From contig NC_010628.1 of the NCBI RefSeq assembly GCF_000020025.1, forward strand, positions 7,500,001 to 7,532,000: 32,000 bases of DNA. The letters run 5' to 3'. The position numbers were made by a program, and so were the translations under genes. Within the stretch, counting starts at the first letter, position 1, and each line of letters begins with the position of its first letter. Positions 7,325 through 16,216 of the stretch are shown in pieces. The notes under the pieces are model-generated. The model was not told where the DNA came from. It saw only the letters and a list, made by a program, of their open reading frames with translations, and did no database searches. Source of the DNA: Nostoc punctiforme PCC 73102. GTDB lineage: Bacteria > Cyanobacteriota > Cyanobacteriia > Cyanobacteriales > Nostocaceae.

Positions 7325-7340
7325 CATGGCTTATCATCAA

Positions 7341-7414
7341 TCGGAGCGGCGGGATTCGAACCCACGACCTCCACTACCCCAAAGTGGCGCGCTACCAAGC
7401 TGCGCTACGCCCCG
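7341..7414 (-). tRNA. tRNA-Pro, anticodon GGG.
   Basis: Manual cloverleaf: CGGGGCG TA GCGC AGCTTGGTA GCGC G CCACT TTGGGGT AGTGG AGGTC GTGGG TTCGAAT CCCGC CGCTCCG A. All stems pair and CCA is not encoded. Confidence 0.93.
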
Positions 7415-7464
7415 GTCAGAATTACCATCATATAGCAATACTCTTAGATAATCAAGAGGCTCAT

Positions 7465-7830
7465 TTAAAAAACTTTAAGCATCCCAGCAGCTTGCAATAA
7501 ATCTGGAACAGCAGAAGCACTCCATTTACCTTCTACACATCGCCCTGTATTCAAAATGAAGCACAGACTGTAATCATGAGGATAGCCTTCTACCTCCATC
7601 CATAATAAATCGCTTTCGGCTTCACAAGCAATTTTTTCCTCTTCCATTAATTCCGTTGCGAGTTGCTTCATGGTGTCTGCTAACTGTGCTAGTAGACGGC
7701 AAAAATCATTCAACTCAGCTTCGGTTAACTCAATTGCCCAATCATCTGTACCGACTAAACCTTTAAATTCAGGTGCATCGGGATTCCAGCCAATACGCCA
7801 ACCAAATCCGGTTTTTACAACGCGTTCCAT
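7465..7830 (-). CDS. Conserved cyanobacterial hypothetical protein, 121 aa. From memory it may be DUF1818-like, which is unverified.
   Basis: ORF track. Native-like composition. Confidence 0.65.
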   Translation of the reverse strand: MERVVKTGFGWRIGWNPDAPEFKGLVGTDDWAIELTEAELNDFCRLLAQLADTMKQLATELMEEEKIACEAESDLLWMEVEGYPHDYSLCFILNTGRCVEGKWSASAVPDLLQAAGMLKVF

Positions 7831-7900
7831 AATTAGTTAAAAGTGAGGAGTTATAAGTTAGGAATTATGAATTTACAACTTATAACTCCTAAATTTCCCA

Positions 7901-8509
7901 CTATCTAAGTAGTTCAGCACCTCCTCGTTGGGGTGGCTGTGGGGTAGTTGATCTACTCGGACTGGGTGCGGTATTCGGTTTAGGAGATAGGGTATTTTGG
8001 GAAGTAGGATTAAATATGTTGACTAAGACTTGCACTAGGGCATCTCGCTGACTGCGGGTAAGACGGGTTATGGCTTTGCGATCGCCTTCCATAGGGTTTT
8101 CCCGTAGTGAATCATAGCCTGGATAGGTAGTATCATACATAATTTCATTCGCCCCCAGGTAATCAGCTAAAGTCAGCTTCCAATCTAAGCGATAAATTGG
8201 GGCCCGCCCTTTAGTATAAATGTGATATCTAATCAGGCGATTTGCCAGGGTGCTGTTTTCTGCAACTTTCCCATTTTCTTTGCTGATATACTTGTTTTCT
8301 CGTGGGAAATCTGGCAATTGCTGGTACACCAACTGCCAAACATCACTAGGTGTTATTCTCTGAGCATAAGCAGGTTGGATACTAAACAAACTTGGGTATA
8401 TTGATTTGCCCGCCCCTGAACTCAAAGCAATTACACCCACTACCATTAAGGCAGTGAGTGTTTGCCAGGGCTTGAGTAGGGGTTGAATGAACGATTGATG
8501 TTTGCTCAT
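7901..8509 (-). CDS. Hypothetical exported or membrane-anchored protein, 202 aa.
   Basis: N-terminal hydrophobic segment LTALMVVGVIALSSGAG with AYAQ, which looks like a signal peptide. The C-terminal tail is Pro/Ser/Thr-rich. A HIP1 site lies inside the gene. Confidence 0.65.
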   Translation of the reverse strand: MSKHQSFIQPLLKPWQTLTALMVVGVIALSSGAGKSIYPSLFSIQPAYAQRITPSDVWQLVYQQLPDFPRENKYISKENGKVAENSTLANRLIRYHIYTKGRAPIYRLDWKLTLADYLGANEIMYDTTYPGYDSLRENPMEGDRKAITRLTRSQRDALVQVLVNIFNPTSQNTLSPKPNTAPSPSRSTTPQPPQRGGAELLR

Positions 8510-8532
8510 CCTGCCTTCTCTAAAGCCTTTTT

Positions 8533-8769
8533 TTATAGTTCGCCAATAATCTCTGGTTGAGTCAATTCATCGGACATTTCGATAATTGCTCTTAGCACTG
8601 GCTTCATCATCGCATCTTCGTTATTTTCAAAATCTTCATAACGCCGACGTTTAGCACGATTGGCCACCTGAACCGTAATGCGGTAACGATTTGAGGCTGC
8701 ACTAATCAGTTCCTCAGCTCGGTGCATAATCTGAGACTGAGTTGTCTCGAACTTAGAACGCTTTAGCAT
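8533..8769 (-). CDS. rpoZ: DNA-directed RNA polymerase omega subunit.
   Basis: 78 aa. [20 protein letters not shown] ... [22 protein letters not shown] matches the cyanobacterial omega pattern as I recall it. Confidence 0.8.
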   Translation of the reverse strand: MLKRSKFETTQSQIMHRAEELISAASNRYRITVQVANRAKRRRYEDFENNEDAMMKPVLRAIIEMSDELTQPEIIGEL

Positions 8770-8928
8770 AATCAGTGGTTCTTGGGGTCATTCCCCAGTG
8801 TAGCAGTACTGATAAATCTGTTGTCTTGTATTTAATCGCCAGCAACCTTTCTGTTGATAGAGGCTAAGAGCCTTCTAGTCATTTTATAAGTTACTTATAA
8901 TACTATCTGACTAAAGTCACACATCCTT

Positions 8929-9348
8929 ATGGCTGACCTTGTGGAAACTGCTATCAACGCGGGAAATTTCAATACCCTGGTGAAAGCTGCTCAAGCTGCA
9001 AATCTCATAGAAACTCTAAAGAGTCCTGGTTCTTTGACACTATTTGCACCAACTGACGAAGCTTTTGCCAAGCTGCCAGAAGGAACTTTAGATTCTCTAC
9101 TACAAGACATTCCCAAGCTCCAGAAAATTGTGGCATATCATGTCGCTAGTGGGGATGTTCGATCTGACGATTTGGTACAGATTAATGAGGCACAGACGCT
9201 TGAAGGGTCAATTGTAGCCATTGAATCTGCCGATGGCAAAATCAAAGTGAATAACGCCAATGTTATCAAAACAGACATTTTGACAGACAATGGCGTGATC
9301 CACATTATTGATGAGGTTTTGATGCCTGCAATGGTTGCCGGAAAATAA
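8929..9348 (+). CDS. Fasciclin (FAS1) domain protein.
   Basis: Motifs LTLFAPTDEAFAKLPEGTLDSLL, VAYHV and NGVIHIIDEVLMP are classic FAS1 H1/H2/YH regions. Confidence 0.85.
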   Translation: MADLVETAINAGNFNTLVKAAQAANLIETLKSPGSLTLFAPTDEAFAKLPEGTLDSLLQDIPKLQKIVAYHVASGDVRSDDLVQINEAQTLEGSIVAIESADGKIKVNNANVIKTDILTDNGVIHIIDEVLMPAMVAGK

Positions 9349-9405
9349 GGGCATTGGGCATGGGGCATTGGGAAATGAAAAGTCTTCCTAGTCCCCAGTC
9401 CCCAG
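9349..9405. repeat. Heptamer tandem repeats: GGCATTG-type x3 and CCCCAGT (STRR1-type) x2.
   Basis: gggcattgggcatggggcattggg at 9349..9372 and agtccccagtccccag at 9390..9405. The second array encodes the last codons (GTGD*) of the amylase ORF. Confidence 0.85.
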
Positions 9406-10854
9406 GATGCAGCCACTGCGTGCGGGAAGAGTTAATGACAATTGCTGAGTTCCTTCTTCACCATTCCACTCAGCTTCAGCAGTACCATATAACAGCTTGT
9501 TGGGTTGAGTATGCAAACTAGCCACATCTACATTTGCGGTTGCCGAACTTGTGCCAGCGTTTATAGCAATTATCAATTCTTCTGTGCCTAAAGTTCGTGC
9601 AAAGAGATAAAGTTGCCCTTGAGCATAGAGGACTTGGTAATCACCTGTACGCAAGGCTGGGTATGTTTGGCGGATGGTAATTAATTGACGATGAGTATTG
9701 AAAATTTCTTGATTCCAGTTAGCCTCTAAAGGAAAGCCACGCCTTGAGTCGGGATCTATGCCACCAGGTAAACCGACTTCATCACCATAGTAAATGCTGG
9801 GGGCACCGGGAAAGGTGAGTAACAGTAAAGTCGATAATTCTACACTCGCTATATCACCGCCTGCAATGGTCATCAATCGGGCTGTATCGTGACTTGCTAA
9901 CAAATTGAGTTGAGTTAGCTGAATTTCCCAAGGGTAAAGTTGCAGTACTTCTTGGATTTTGGTGGCGTACTCGGCAGCAAATAAGGGTGGGTAGGGTTGA
10001 TAGTCGCGGCTTTGGACTTGTTCTAAGACTACGCGATCGCCAGCTGCAAAAGCAATTGTCGGCCCAGCAAATAAATAATTCATTACGCCGTCAAATTGCG
10101 TTCCATCCAACCACTGGCGGGAATCTCCCCACACTTCGCCCACAATATATGCTTCGGGATTGATGGCTTTAGTGCGATCGCGGAATTCCTGCCAAAAACC
10201 CGGAGTTTTTATTTCAAATGGGACATCTAATCGCCAACCGTCGATGCCGAATTTAAGCCAATATTCGGCAATTTCCATAATATATTCTCGTACTTCTGGA
10301 TTATCGTGGTTAAATTCTGGCAAGGCGCGATTTCCCGCCCAACCCACGTAGTTTGCAGGGAATTCACCGTTATAAGGTGAAAGGGGCCAGCCTTCTATTT
10401 TGAACCAATTTACCCAAGGTGAATGGGGGCCATTTTCTAAAACGTCGTGGAAAAAGAAAAAGCCACGGCTGGAATGGTTAAACACCCCATCCAGAACGAC
10501 TTTGATATTCCGTTGATGGGCTGCATCAAGCAATTCTTTAAAAGCCTCGTTGCCCCCTAACATCGGGTCAACTTGATAATAATCGTGGGTATGATAGCGG
10601 TGATTACTGGCGGATTGAAAGATGGGTGTGAAATAAATCGCGTTAATCCCCAAATTCTGGATGTAGTCTAAATCCTCCATGATGCCCCATAAATCCCCAC
10701 CTTTATAACCCTGGAGGGTTGGCATAGAGTCCCAATCTTCCCAACGGGCTTCTTGCAATAACCGTTTGCGCGGCTGTTTGCTTCTGGCAAAGCGATCTGG
10801 GAAAATTTGGTAGAAAACAGCGTGCTTTACCCAATCTGGTGTTTGAATTTGCAT
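9388..10854 (-). CDS. GH13 alpha-amylase-family glycosidase (neopullulanase/cyclomaltodextrinase-like).
   Basis: 488 aa. Motifs: VFYQIFPDRFA, VVLDGVFNHSS, GIDGWRLDVPFE, YIVGEVWGD, LLASHDT (GH13 conserved regions I-IV). Confidence 0.9.
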   Translation of the reverse strand: MQIQTPDWVKHAVFYQIFPDRFARSKQPRKRLLQEARWEDWDSMPTLQGYKGGDLWGIMEDLDYIQNLGINAIYFTPIFQSASNHRYHTHDYYQVDPMLGGNEAFKELLDAAHQRNIKVVLDGVFNHSSRGFFFFHDVLENGPHSPWVNWFKIEGWPLSPYNGEFPANYVGWAGNRALPEFNHDNPEVREYIMEIAEYWLKFGIDGWRLDVPFEIKTPGFWQEFRDRTKAINPEAYIVGEVWGDSRQWLDGTQFDGVMNYLFAGPTIAFAAGDRVVLEQVQSRDYQPYPPLFAAEYATKIQEVLQLYPWEIQLTQLNLLASHDTARLMTIAGGDIASVELSTLLLLTFPGAPSIYYGDEVGLPGGIDPDSRRGFPLEANWNQEIFNTHRQLITIRQTYPALRTGDYQVLYAQGQLYLFARTLGTEELIIAINAGTSSATANVDVASLHTQPNKLLYGTAEAEWNGEEGTQQLSLTLPARSGCILGTGD

Positions 10855-11017
10855 GAATAACTTTTTGTACGTTCAGAAGCGATCGTTGCAAATATTAGCT
10901 TCTTTATGACTCTTACTTATGATAGAGAATCTGTAATTTGCCAGTAGTCAGTAGAAATTTATACCAATTTAACAATTTTGGCTACAGGACTCATCTTTGG
11001 ATTTTTGCGAAGCTAGG

Positions 11018-11063
11018 TACAACTCAAAGAGCCTTCTTGCCTATTGCCCATCGCGCTTCGCCC
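11018..11063. repeat. Dispersed repeat, copy A. Copy B is at 29013..29062.
   Basis: gtacaactcaaagagccttcttgcctattgcccatcgcgcttcgccc aligns with gtacaacttgaaaagcgttcttgcctgttgcctgccatcgcgcttgcgc. Both copies are intergenic. Confidence 0.7.
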
Positions 11064-11522
11064 ACAGAAATCAAAACATATTAGTATACAACTTGTTAGT
11101 ATTTAATATTTCTTAAAATTATCTTTTTTATTTATTACTTAATTATTCTTAATTTTATTTTTTTAACTTTGTCCGTAATGATTTAGGCAGATAGTGGATT
11201 AGTTTAATAGCTCCATAAAAATTACCTCTTAGCTCAGTCTTGGGTAATTCTGAGATGCGTCTGCTCAAAGATATCTCATAAGTACAGAAAATCACTCACT
11301 ATTAGGAGACATAATTCAGGGATATGAGTTATGAATTAGCAATTGTCTTAGGAATTACTTGCCGCCTCCTAAGCTTATTTGATGTTATCTATAAAAAAAT
11401 AGATAACTATAGTCGCATCAAATAATCAAGGCGAAAAAACTGCATAGTCTGCATTAATGCCAGAGCGACTTATGCTAATAAACTACTTTGCTTTCATCCA
11501 ATAAATTGAATTTGAGGTAAAA

Positions 11523-13250
11523 ATGAGGCACGAAAAACTTTCTCCCGGATTACTGTTGGCATTTCAAGACTATCAAAATGAGGGAGATAAAGCTTTAGTT
11601 ACACATAAGCGATCACTTGGCATCATTGCCCACAAAAGCCCAGTCAAGCCAACAAAGAGCGTCGTTTTTATCTATTGCGATCCTGATGCAGACTTGAGTT
11701 ATTTATCACAATATAACATTGAAGTCAATCAAAACTCTGGGAGTGTGCGGACGGCTTTTTTACCGATAGAAAGTTTAGATGTCTTATCTGAAGAAGATGT
11801 TATCCAACGCATCAAGCCGTCACGCAAACTTCATTTGAGGATGGACACTGCAATGGGAGCAGTTAAACTCCCAGAGTTCCAGAACAAAACTGGACTGACT
11901 GGTAAAGGAGTAATCATCGGCATTATAGACAGTGGCATCGATCCGAAACACCCCGCTTTTGCTGGACGAATTTTACACATTTGGGATCAAACACTGCCAG
12001 GACCAGGAGTAACGGAGGGTGGCTATGGGGCGGAATTTACGGGGGCGCAACTGACAATTTCTCAGGATACTGGCGGTCATGGTACTCATGTTGCCGGAAT
12101 TGCCGCCGGTGCCGATGCTAGCTATGGCGGTGTAGCACCAGAAGCAGAATTAATTGTTGTCAGGTCAGATTTACAGGATGCCCATATTGCTGATGGTGTG
12201 CGTTATATTTTCCGAATTGCTAGAGAGTTAGGACGCGCAGCCGTAGTAAATCTCAGCTTGGGTGGACACGCTGATGCCCATGATGGTAGTGATTCCTTAT
12301 CCAAAGTTATTGATGCGGAAACTGGCCCTGGAAGAATAGTTTGCTGTGCTGCCGGTAACGAAGGAAACGATAACATTCATGGACAAGCGATAATACCCAG
12401 TGGACGCACTCGTGGTATGCGCTTTAATGTTCCTTTGAATCAAATAGGTATAGTTTGGTTAAACGCCTGGTATTCCAAAGACAGCGAATTAGAAGTCTCA
12501 GTACGGAGTCCTAACGGTTTTGTCACCCCCTTCCAAAAAATAATTACTGACGGTAATGCCGCACAAGATTACCAGTTACCAGATGCAAGGGTGCAATTGG
12601 CGACACCAGCGCCAGATAAAGCCAATGGCGATCATAATTTCTTTGTGCAAATCCGGGGTATTGACCCCTCGCCAGTTATGGGAGGTGTTTGGCAGCTACG
12701 AGTTCGCAACAGTTCTGCAACTGACACACGTTTAGATGTATGGACATTAGATGACACTTCGTCAGTGTTCTTTACTGGTAAAAGTGTGAAAGATACGCTA
12801 AAAATTGGTTCACCAGGTGCCGCTAGCAGTGCAATTACAGTTGCCGCCTATACTACTAAAACCAAGTACACAGATATTGATAACCAAGTGCGAGAAATGG
12901 GGTTAGAATTGCATACTATTTCGGAATTCAGTAGTGAAGGGCCTCTACGGAATGATTCACACAAGCCGGATGTCGCAGCACCAGGAGCGATGATTATTTC
13001 CACTCTTTCCGCCGATGCAAATTTTGACCGCTCATCGATGATTAATTCCAAGTTTGTGGTGCAGGCTGGTACGAGTATGGCAACACCATTTGTTAGTGGG
13101 TTAGTAGCATTACTATTGCAGCGAGATCCGAATCTCGAGCCGACTGCTGTGAAAGACTTGCTACGTAAAAATAGTGCAATTCCTGGAAAACCCGCAGGGA
13201 CATTTGATGAGAAATGGGGTTATGGAGTGATTAACGCTTTAAATCTGTAA
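11523..13250 (+). CDS. Subtilisin-like serine peptidase (MEROPS S8) with an N-terminal domain of about 105 aa.
   Basis: The Asp/His/Ser triad motifs are IGIIDSGID, GHGTHVAG and GTSMATPFVSG. No obvious signal peptide. Confidence 0.9.
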   Translation: MRHEKLSPGLLLAFQDYQNEGDKALVTHKRSLGIIAHKSPVKPTKSVVFIYCDPDADLSYLSQYNIEVNQNSGSVRTAFLPIESLDVLSEEDVIQRIKPSRKLHLRMDTAMGAVKLPEFQNKTGLTGKGVIIGIIDSGIDPKHPAFAGRILHIWDQTLPGPGVTEGGYGAEFTGAQLTISQDTGGHGTHVAGIAAGADASYGGVAPEAELIVVRSDLQDAHIADGVRYIFRIARELGRAAVVNLSLGGHADAHDGSDSLSKVIDAETGPGRIVCCAAGNEGNDNIHGQAIIPSGRTRGMRFNVPLNQIGIVWLNAWYSKDSELEVSVRSPNGFVTPFQKIITDGNAAQDYQLPDARVQLATPAPDKANGDHNFFVQIRGIDPSPVMGGVWQLRVRNSSATDTRLDVWTLDDTSSVFFTGKSVKDTLKIGSPGAASSAITVAAYTTKTKYTDIDNQVREMGLELHTISEFSSEGPLRNDSHKPDVAAPGAMIISTLSADANFDRSSMINSKFVVQAGTSMATPFVSGLVALLLQRDPNLEPTAVKDLLRKNSAIPGKPAGTFDEKWGYGVINALNL

Positions 13251-13335
13251 TTGGCCTCAGAGATGCGATATTATTTAACACATTTAACACAATAAATATA
13301 TCGCATCTCTTGAAGATTATACGGCTAGCAAATGA

Positions 13336-13440
13336 AACGGTGCTAATTTAAAAAATGCTGACTTGACAGAGGCAATTTAAATCGGAATAACTGCTTTAGA
13401 TGCTGATTTTTCATGAGCAACTTTGAGTGCTACTTCCATC
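13336..13440 (+). pseudogene. Pentapeptide-repeat gene relic.
   Basis: One frame reads NGANLKNADLTEAI*IGITALDADFS*ATLSATSIEKG. This is the A(D/N)LXX periodicity with two in-frame stops. Confidence 0.5.
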
Positions 13441-13649
13441 GAAAAAGGGAATATTAATATACAAGCATAATCTGCATTTAGGCTCTCAATAAACATCAAA
13501 GCCAAAGAGAACAGCAATTAATCTGTAATTGGACAGAGTAAATAGCTCATTAAATCTATACTAAAGATAGGCAATAAAAACTCGTAAGTTTGATAACTTC
13601 GTTATACGATAGGCTAAAAATTGCCTGCTTTTTTACCCACTTACTGCTC

Positions 13650-13949
13650 ATGGATTTTCAAAAGCTAGATGCTACCCTTGCGATAGCGCTCAATGACGTT
13701 CAAAACCCAGAGGAACCGAGTTTAGAAGTTTTCATCCATACTGAACCAATTTTAGACTCTGCTGCAACTGCTGTTTTAGAAAATTTAGGCATCAGTGGTG
13801 TTACCAGTGGAAGAGATGTATTTACTGCAACACTATCACTAAATGCAATTTACCACTTGTCCGAGGAACCTTGGGTAAAATATTTGAAGCGATCGCAGCA
13901 ATTGCGTTTGGTTAATAAGAGACTAAATACAGGCAAGTTGGGTGTTTAG
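13650..13949 (+). CDS. Stand-alone paralog of the S8 peptidase N-terminal domain (99 aa from ATG 13650; the ORF track starts at TTG 13590).
   Basis: By-eye alignment of QKLDATLAIALNDVQN...LEVFIHTEP...GRDVFTATLSLNAIYHLSEEPWVKYLKRSQQLRL against EKLSPGLLLAFQDYQN...SVVFIYCDP...GSVRTAFLPIESLDVLSEEDVIQRIKPSRKLHL (S8 residues 4-105). Confidence 0.55.
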   Translation: MDFQKLDATLAIALNDVQNPEEPSLEVFIHTEPILDSAATAVLENLGISGVTSGRDVFTATLSLNAIYHLSEEPWVKYLKRSQQLRLVNKRLNTGKLGV

Positions 13950-14239
13950 TGACCATTGTCTGACCCTATACTACGCAGACAATCTTTTGTATTTACTGTG
14001 AATTAGGTTGTTTTTTCTGGAAACTTACACTTCACCTCAATTTCCAGATTACTTACAGCACAGCATTCAGTAATTTCAGTAGTAATAATTTTTTGAAGAA
14101 CAGCCAAGAAATCTGTCATCATGACTTGGCATGAATTATTAATTACATGATTCTTAACCTTTGATTGACTGAAAGATAGATCCTAAAGATACGTCTAATT
14201 CGATACAATTTATAGGCAGAGAGAGCCGAGGAGAACAAG

Positions 14240-15379
14240 GTGGTCTTATTAAAAGGCTTTGAGATCGAGATATACACTGGCACACCTCAAGGTGAAATCG
14301 TCGGTCTCTCCGACAAAATTGTTGCAGCCTTGGATGGATTTATGCGGGAGCCAGATAGCCGCAATGTCGAATATATAACCCAACCATCCCAAAATTACGA
14401 AAATTTATTGTGTGCCTTGCTGCGTCCCCGACGGGAGTTACGAAACTATCTTAATAGGTTGGACAATTACACTTTGATACCGGGAAGTACTTTATCTTTG
14501 GGTGGCAGCGATCGCTTTCTGCGTTCCGATCCAGCAAATCCCTATCATGACTACATTGAGAACACCTACGGGACAAAAGTAGTCACCGCCAGCGTACACA
14601 TTAATATAGGCATCAGCGATCCAGAAGTATTAATGCGGGCGTGTCGGGTTATCCGTATGGAAGCACCTTTATTTCTCGCCCTCAGCGCCTCATCTCCCTT
14701 CCTAGATGGCAAAACTACTGGCTATCACTCCACTCGCTGGGGCCTATTTCCGCAAACGCCTAGCCATGTACCGTTATTTGCCAGCCACGCCGATCATATC
14801 CAGTGGGTCAAAGATCAACTCGTTGCCGGAACCATGCAAAATGTTCGGCATTTGTGGACATCAGTACGACCAAATGGCGATCGCCGCCCTTATGATCTAA
14901 ATCGCCTAGAACTACGAATTTGCGATTTAGTCACAGATCCCATTGCCTTACTAGCCATTACTGCCTTATTAGAAGCGCGTTTATTGCAAGTAATCGAAAA
15001 TCCCAACATCGATCCTTTAACTCAAAGTATTTTCTCTAACGAAGAACTCGTCACCCTGACTGCTGAAAACGAAGCGGCTGTGGCTGCTGATAGTCTCGAT
15101 GCTCATTTGAGGCATTGGCAAGATGGTAGAAGCATCCTAGCCAGAGATTGGATTACCCAAATGTACCAAGATGTTTGGGCGATCGCTAAACAACGAGGCT
15201 TTAGCTGTTTCCTTTCTCCATTGCACAAAATTCTCCGCGAAGGCAATGAGGCTCAACAGTGGTTGCAGTTACACACAGTTGGTTTTGACAGCCAGCGCGT
15301 CATCACTCAGGCTATTCTCGCCACCCAAGAACGCGAAATCGAACTCGAAGACAAATTGTGTTCGTCCCTATCGGCTTAA
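14240..15379 (+). CDS. gshA: Glutamate--cysteine ligase family protein (cyanobacterial GshA-like).
   Basis: 379 aa with a GTG start. The N-terminus GFEIEIYTGTPQGEIVGLS...REPDSRNVEYITQP resembles cyanobacterial GCL as I recall it. Three HIP1 sites lie inside the gene. Confidence 0.6.
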   Translation: MVLLKGFEIEIYTGTPQGEIVGLSDKIVAALDGFMREPDSRNVEYITQPSQNYENLLCALLRPRRELRNYLNRLDNYTLIPGSTLSLGGSDRFLRSDPANPYHDYIENTYGTKVVTASVHINIGISDPEVLMRACRVIRMEAPLFLALSASSPFLDGKTTGYHSTRWGLFPQTPSHVPLFASHADHIQWVKDQLVAGTMQNVRHLWTSVRPNGDRRPYDLNRLELRICDLVTDPIALLAITALLEARLLQVIENPNIDPLTQSIFSNEELVTLTAENEAAVAADSLDAHLRHWQDGRSILARDWITQMYQDVWAIAKQRGFSCFLSPLHKILREGNEAQQWLQLHTVGFDSQRVITQAILATQEREIELEDKLCSSLSA

Positions 15380-15384
15380 TTGAA

Positions 15385-15480
15385 GAGGCAGAGGAGCAGG
15401 GGGACAGGGAGGATAAGGGGAGAATTATTCAACTTTCTCCCTTGTCTCCCCCCTCTTCCTTGTCTCCTATGTCTCTTCTC
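15385..15480. repeat. GGGGAGAA/CTCCC-rich imperfect inverted repeat directly after the gshA stop. It is a Nostoc-type dispersed repeat and a probable terminator.
   Basis: ggggacagggaggataaggggagaa ... ttctcccttgtctccccc. A related module lies inside the debranching-enzyme gene at about 22463..22537. Confidence 0.6.
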
Positions 15481-15754
15481 CATGCCCCATACCCAATGGT
15501 AGATTTCTTTGGAGATAGTACTAGCCCTAAAATACACAAGTGATTAATCTTTCTACATAAAACTTAATATTTACCAATTTTAGCCAAATATCCTCTCAGG
15601 GATTGCTCTGGGAGGGTTTGTGCTATTGTTTTAAAAATCTAATCGATGGATGATGCTTGATTATTATTAACAAAACCTATGAATAGGCTCTACCCTTTGG
15701 TAGATTTAACATTGACAATAAATTGTTTTATACAATACGTAGATTATACGGACA

Positions 15755-16216
15755 ATGCCCCAGGTCGTTTTAGTTAACCCACAAATTCCTCCTAATACAG
15801 GTAATATTGCTCGTACTTGTGCAGCAACAGGTACAGAATTGCATTTGGTAGGGCCCTTGGGGTTTGAAATTAGCGATCGCTACCTCAAAAGAGCCGGTTT
15901 GGATTACTGGCCTTATGTCAAACTCCACTATCACGAATCCCTAGAAGCCTTTAAAACCGTACATCAAGAGCGTGGAGGCAGATGGTTGGGTTATACCGTT
16001 GGTGGTAATTTTAGTTACGTCAGCTTTCGATATCAAGCCGATGATTGGCTACTATTTGGTAGTGAAACTACGGGCTTACCACCAACAATTTTGTCAGATT
16101 GCGATGCTACTCTGTATATTCCCATGAGCCAACCAGGGGTTCGCAGCTTGAACTTGTCAGTCAGTGTGGCAATTGGCTTATTTGAAACCCGTCGTCAGTT
16201 AGGCTATCTACAATAG
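15755..16216 (+). CDS. trmL: tRNA (cytidine/uridine-2'-O)-methyltransferase TrmL (SpoU family).
   Basis: 153 aa. VVLVNPQIPPNTGNIARTCAATGTELHLVGPLGF and LNLSVSVAIGLFE are SPOUT knot motifs. Confidence 0.85.
   Translation: MPQVVLVNPQIPPNTGNIARTCAATGTELHLVGPLGFEISDRYLKRAGLDYWPYVKLHYHESLEAFKTVHQERGGRWLGYTVGGNFSYVSFRYQADDWLLFGSETTGLPPTILSDCDATLYIPMSQPGVRSLNLSVSVAIGLFETRRQLGYLQ

Larger units (their letters stand above)
1..7340. mobile_element. Integrated AT-rich genomic island (satellite-like or tycheposon-like integrative element, probably immobilised) abutting the 3' end of tRNA-Pro. The left end lies outside the window.
   Basis: Composition drops visibly versus the rest of the window. No GCGATCGC and no STRR heptamers occur here. 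Content is a primase/replication gene, an RHH switch, an integrase relic and orphan ORFs. The block ends at tRNA-Pro (7341). Confidence 0.7.

Noticed and set aside
7254-7451. 65-aa ORF on the plus strand.
   Set aside because: It is the antisense translation of tRNA-Pro and its terminator hairpins.
11324-13250. A 33-aa ORF (MSYELAIVLGITCRLLSLFDVIYKKIDNYSRIK, 11324..11425) upstream of the S8 peptidase, considered as a RiPP precursor/protease (cyanobactin or lanthipeptide-like) locus.
   Set aside because: No heterocyclase, LanM/LanB/C, macrocyclase or transporter genes are nearby. The SD spacing is poor (15 nt). The peptide has no recognisable leader or core features. It is most likely a chance ORF in an AT-rich promoter region.
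10855-13888. Absence of HIP1 across the S8 peptidase region, considered as evidence that it is foreign.
   Set aside because: Native genes here carry only 1-3 HIP1 sites each, so zero in 3 kb is not clearly abnormal. The composition looks native. The evidence is insufficient.
15358-15543. 61-aa ORF (MFVPIGLIEEAEEQGDREDKGRII...).
   Set aside because: It is a translation of the GGGGAGAA/CTCCC dispersed repeat after gshA, so it is a repeat artefact rather than a gene.
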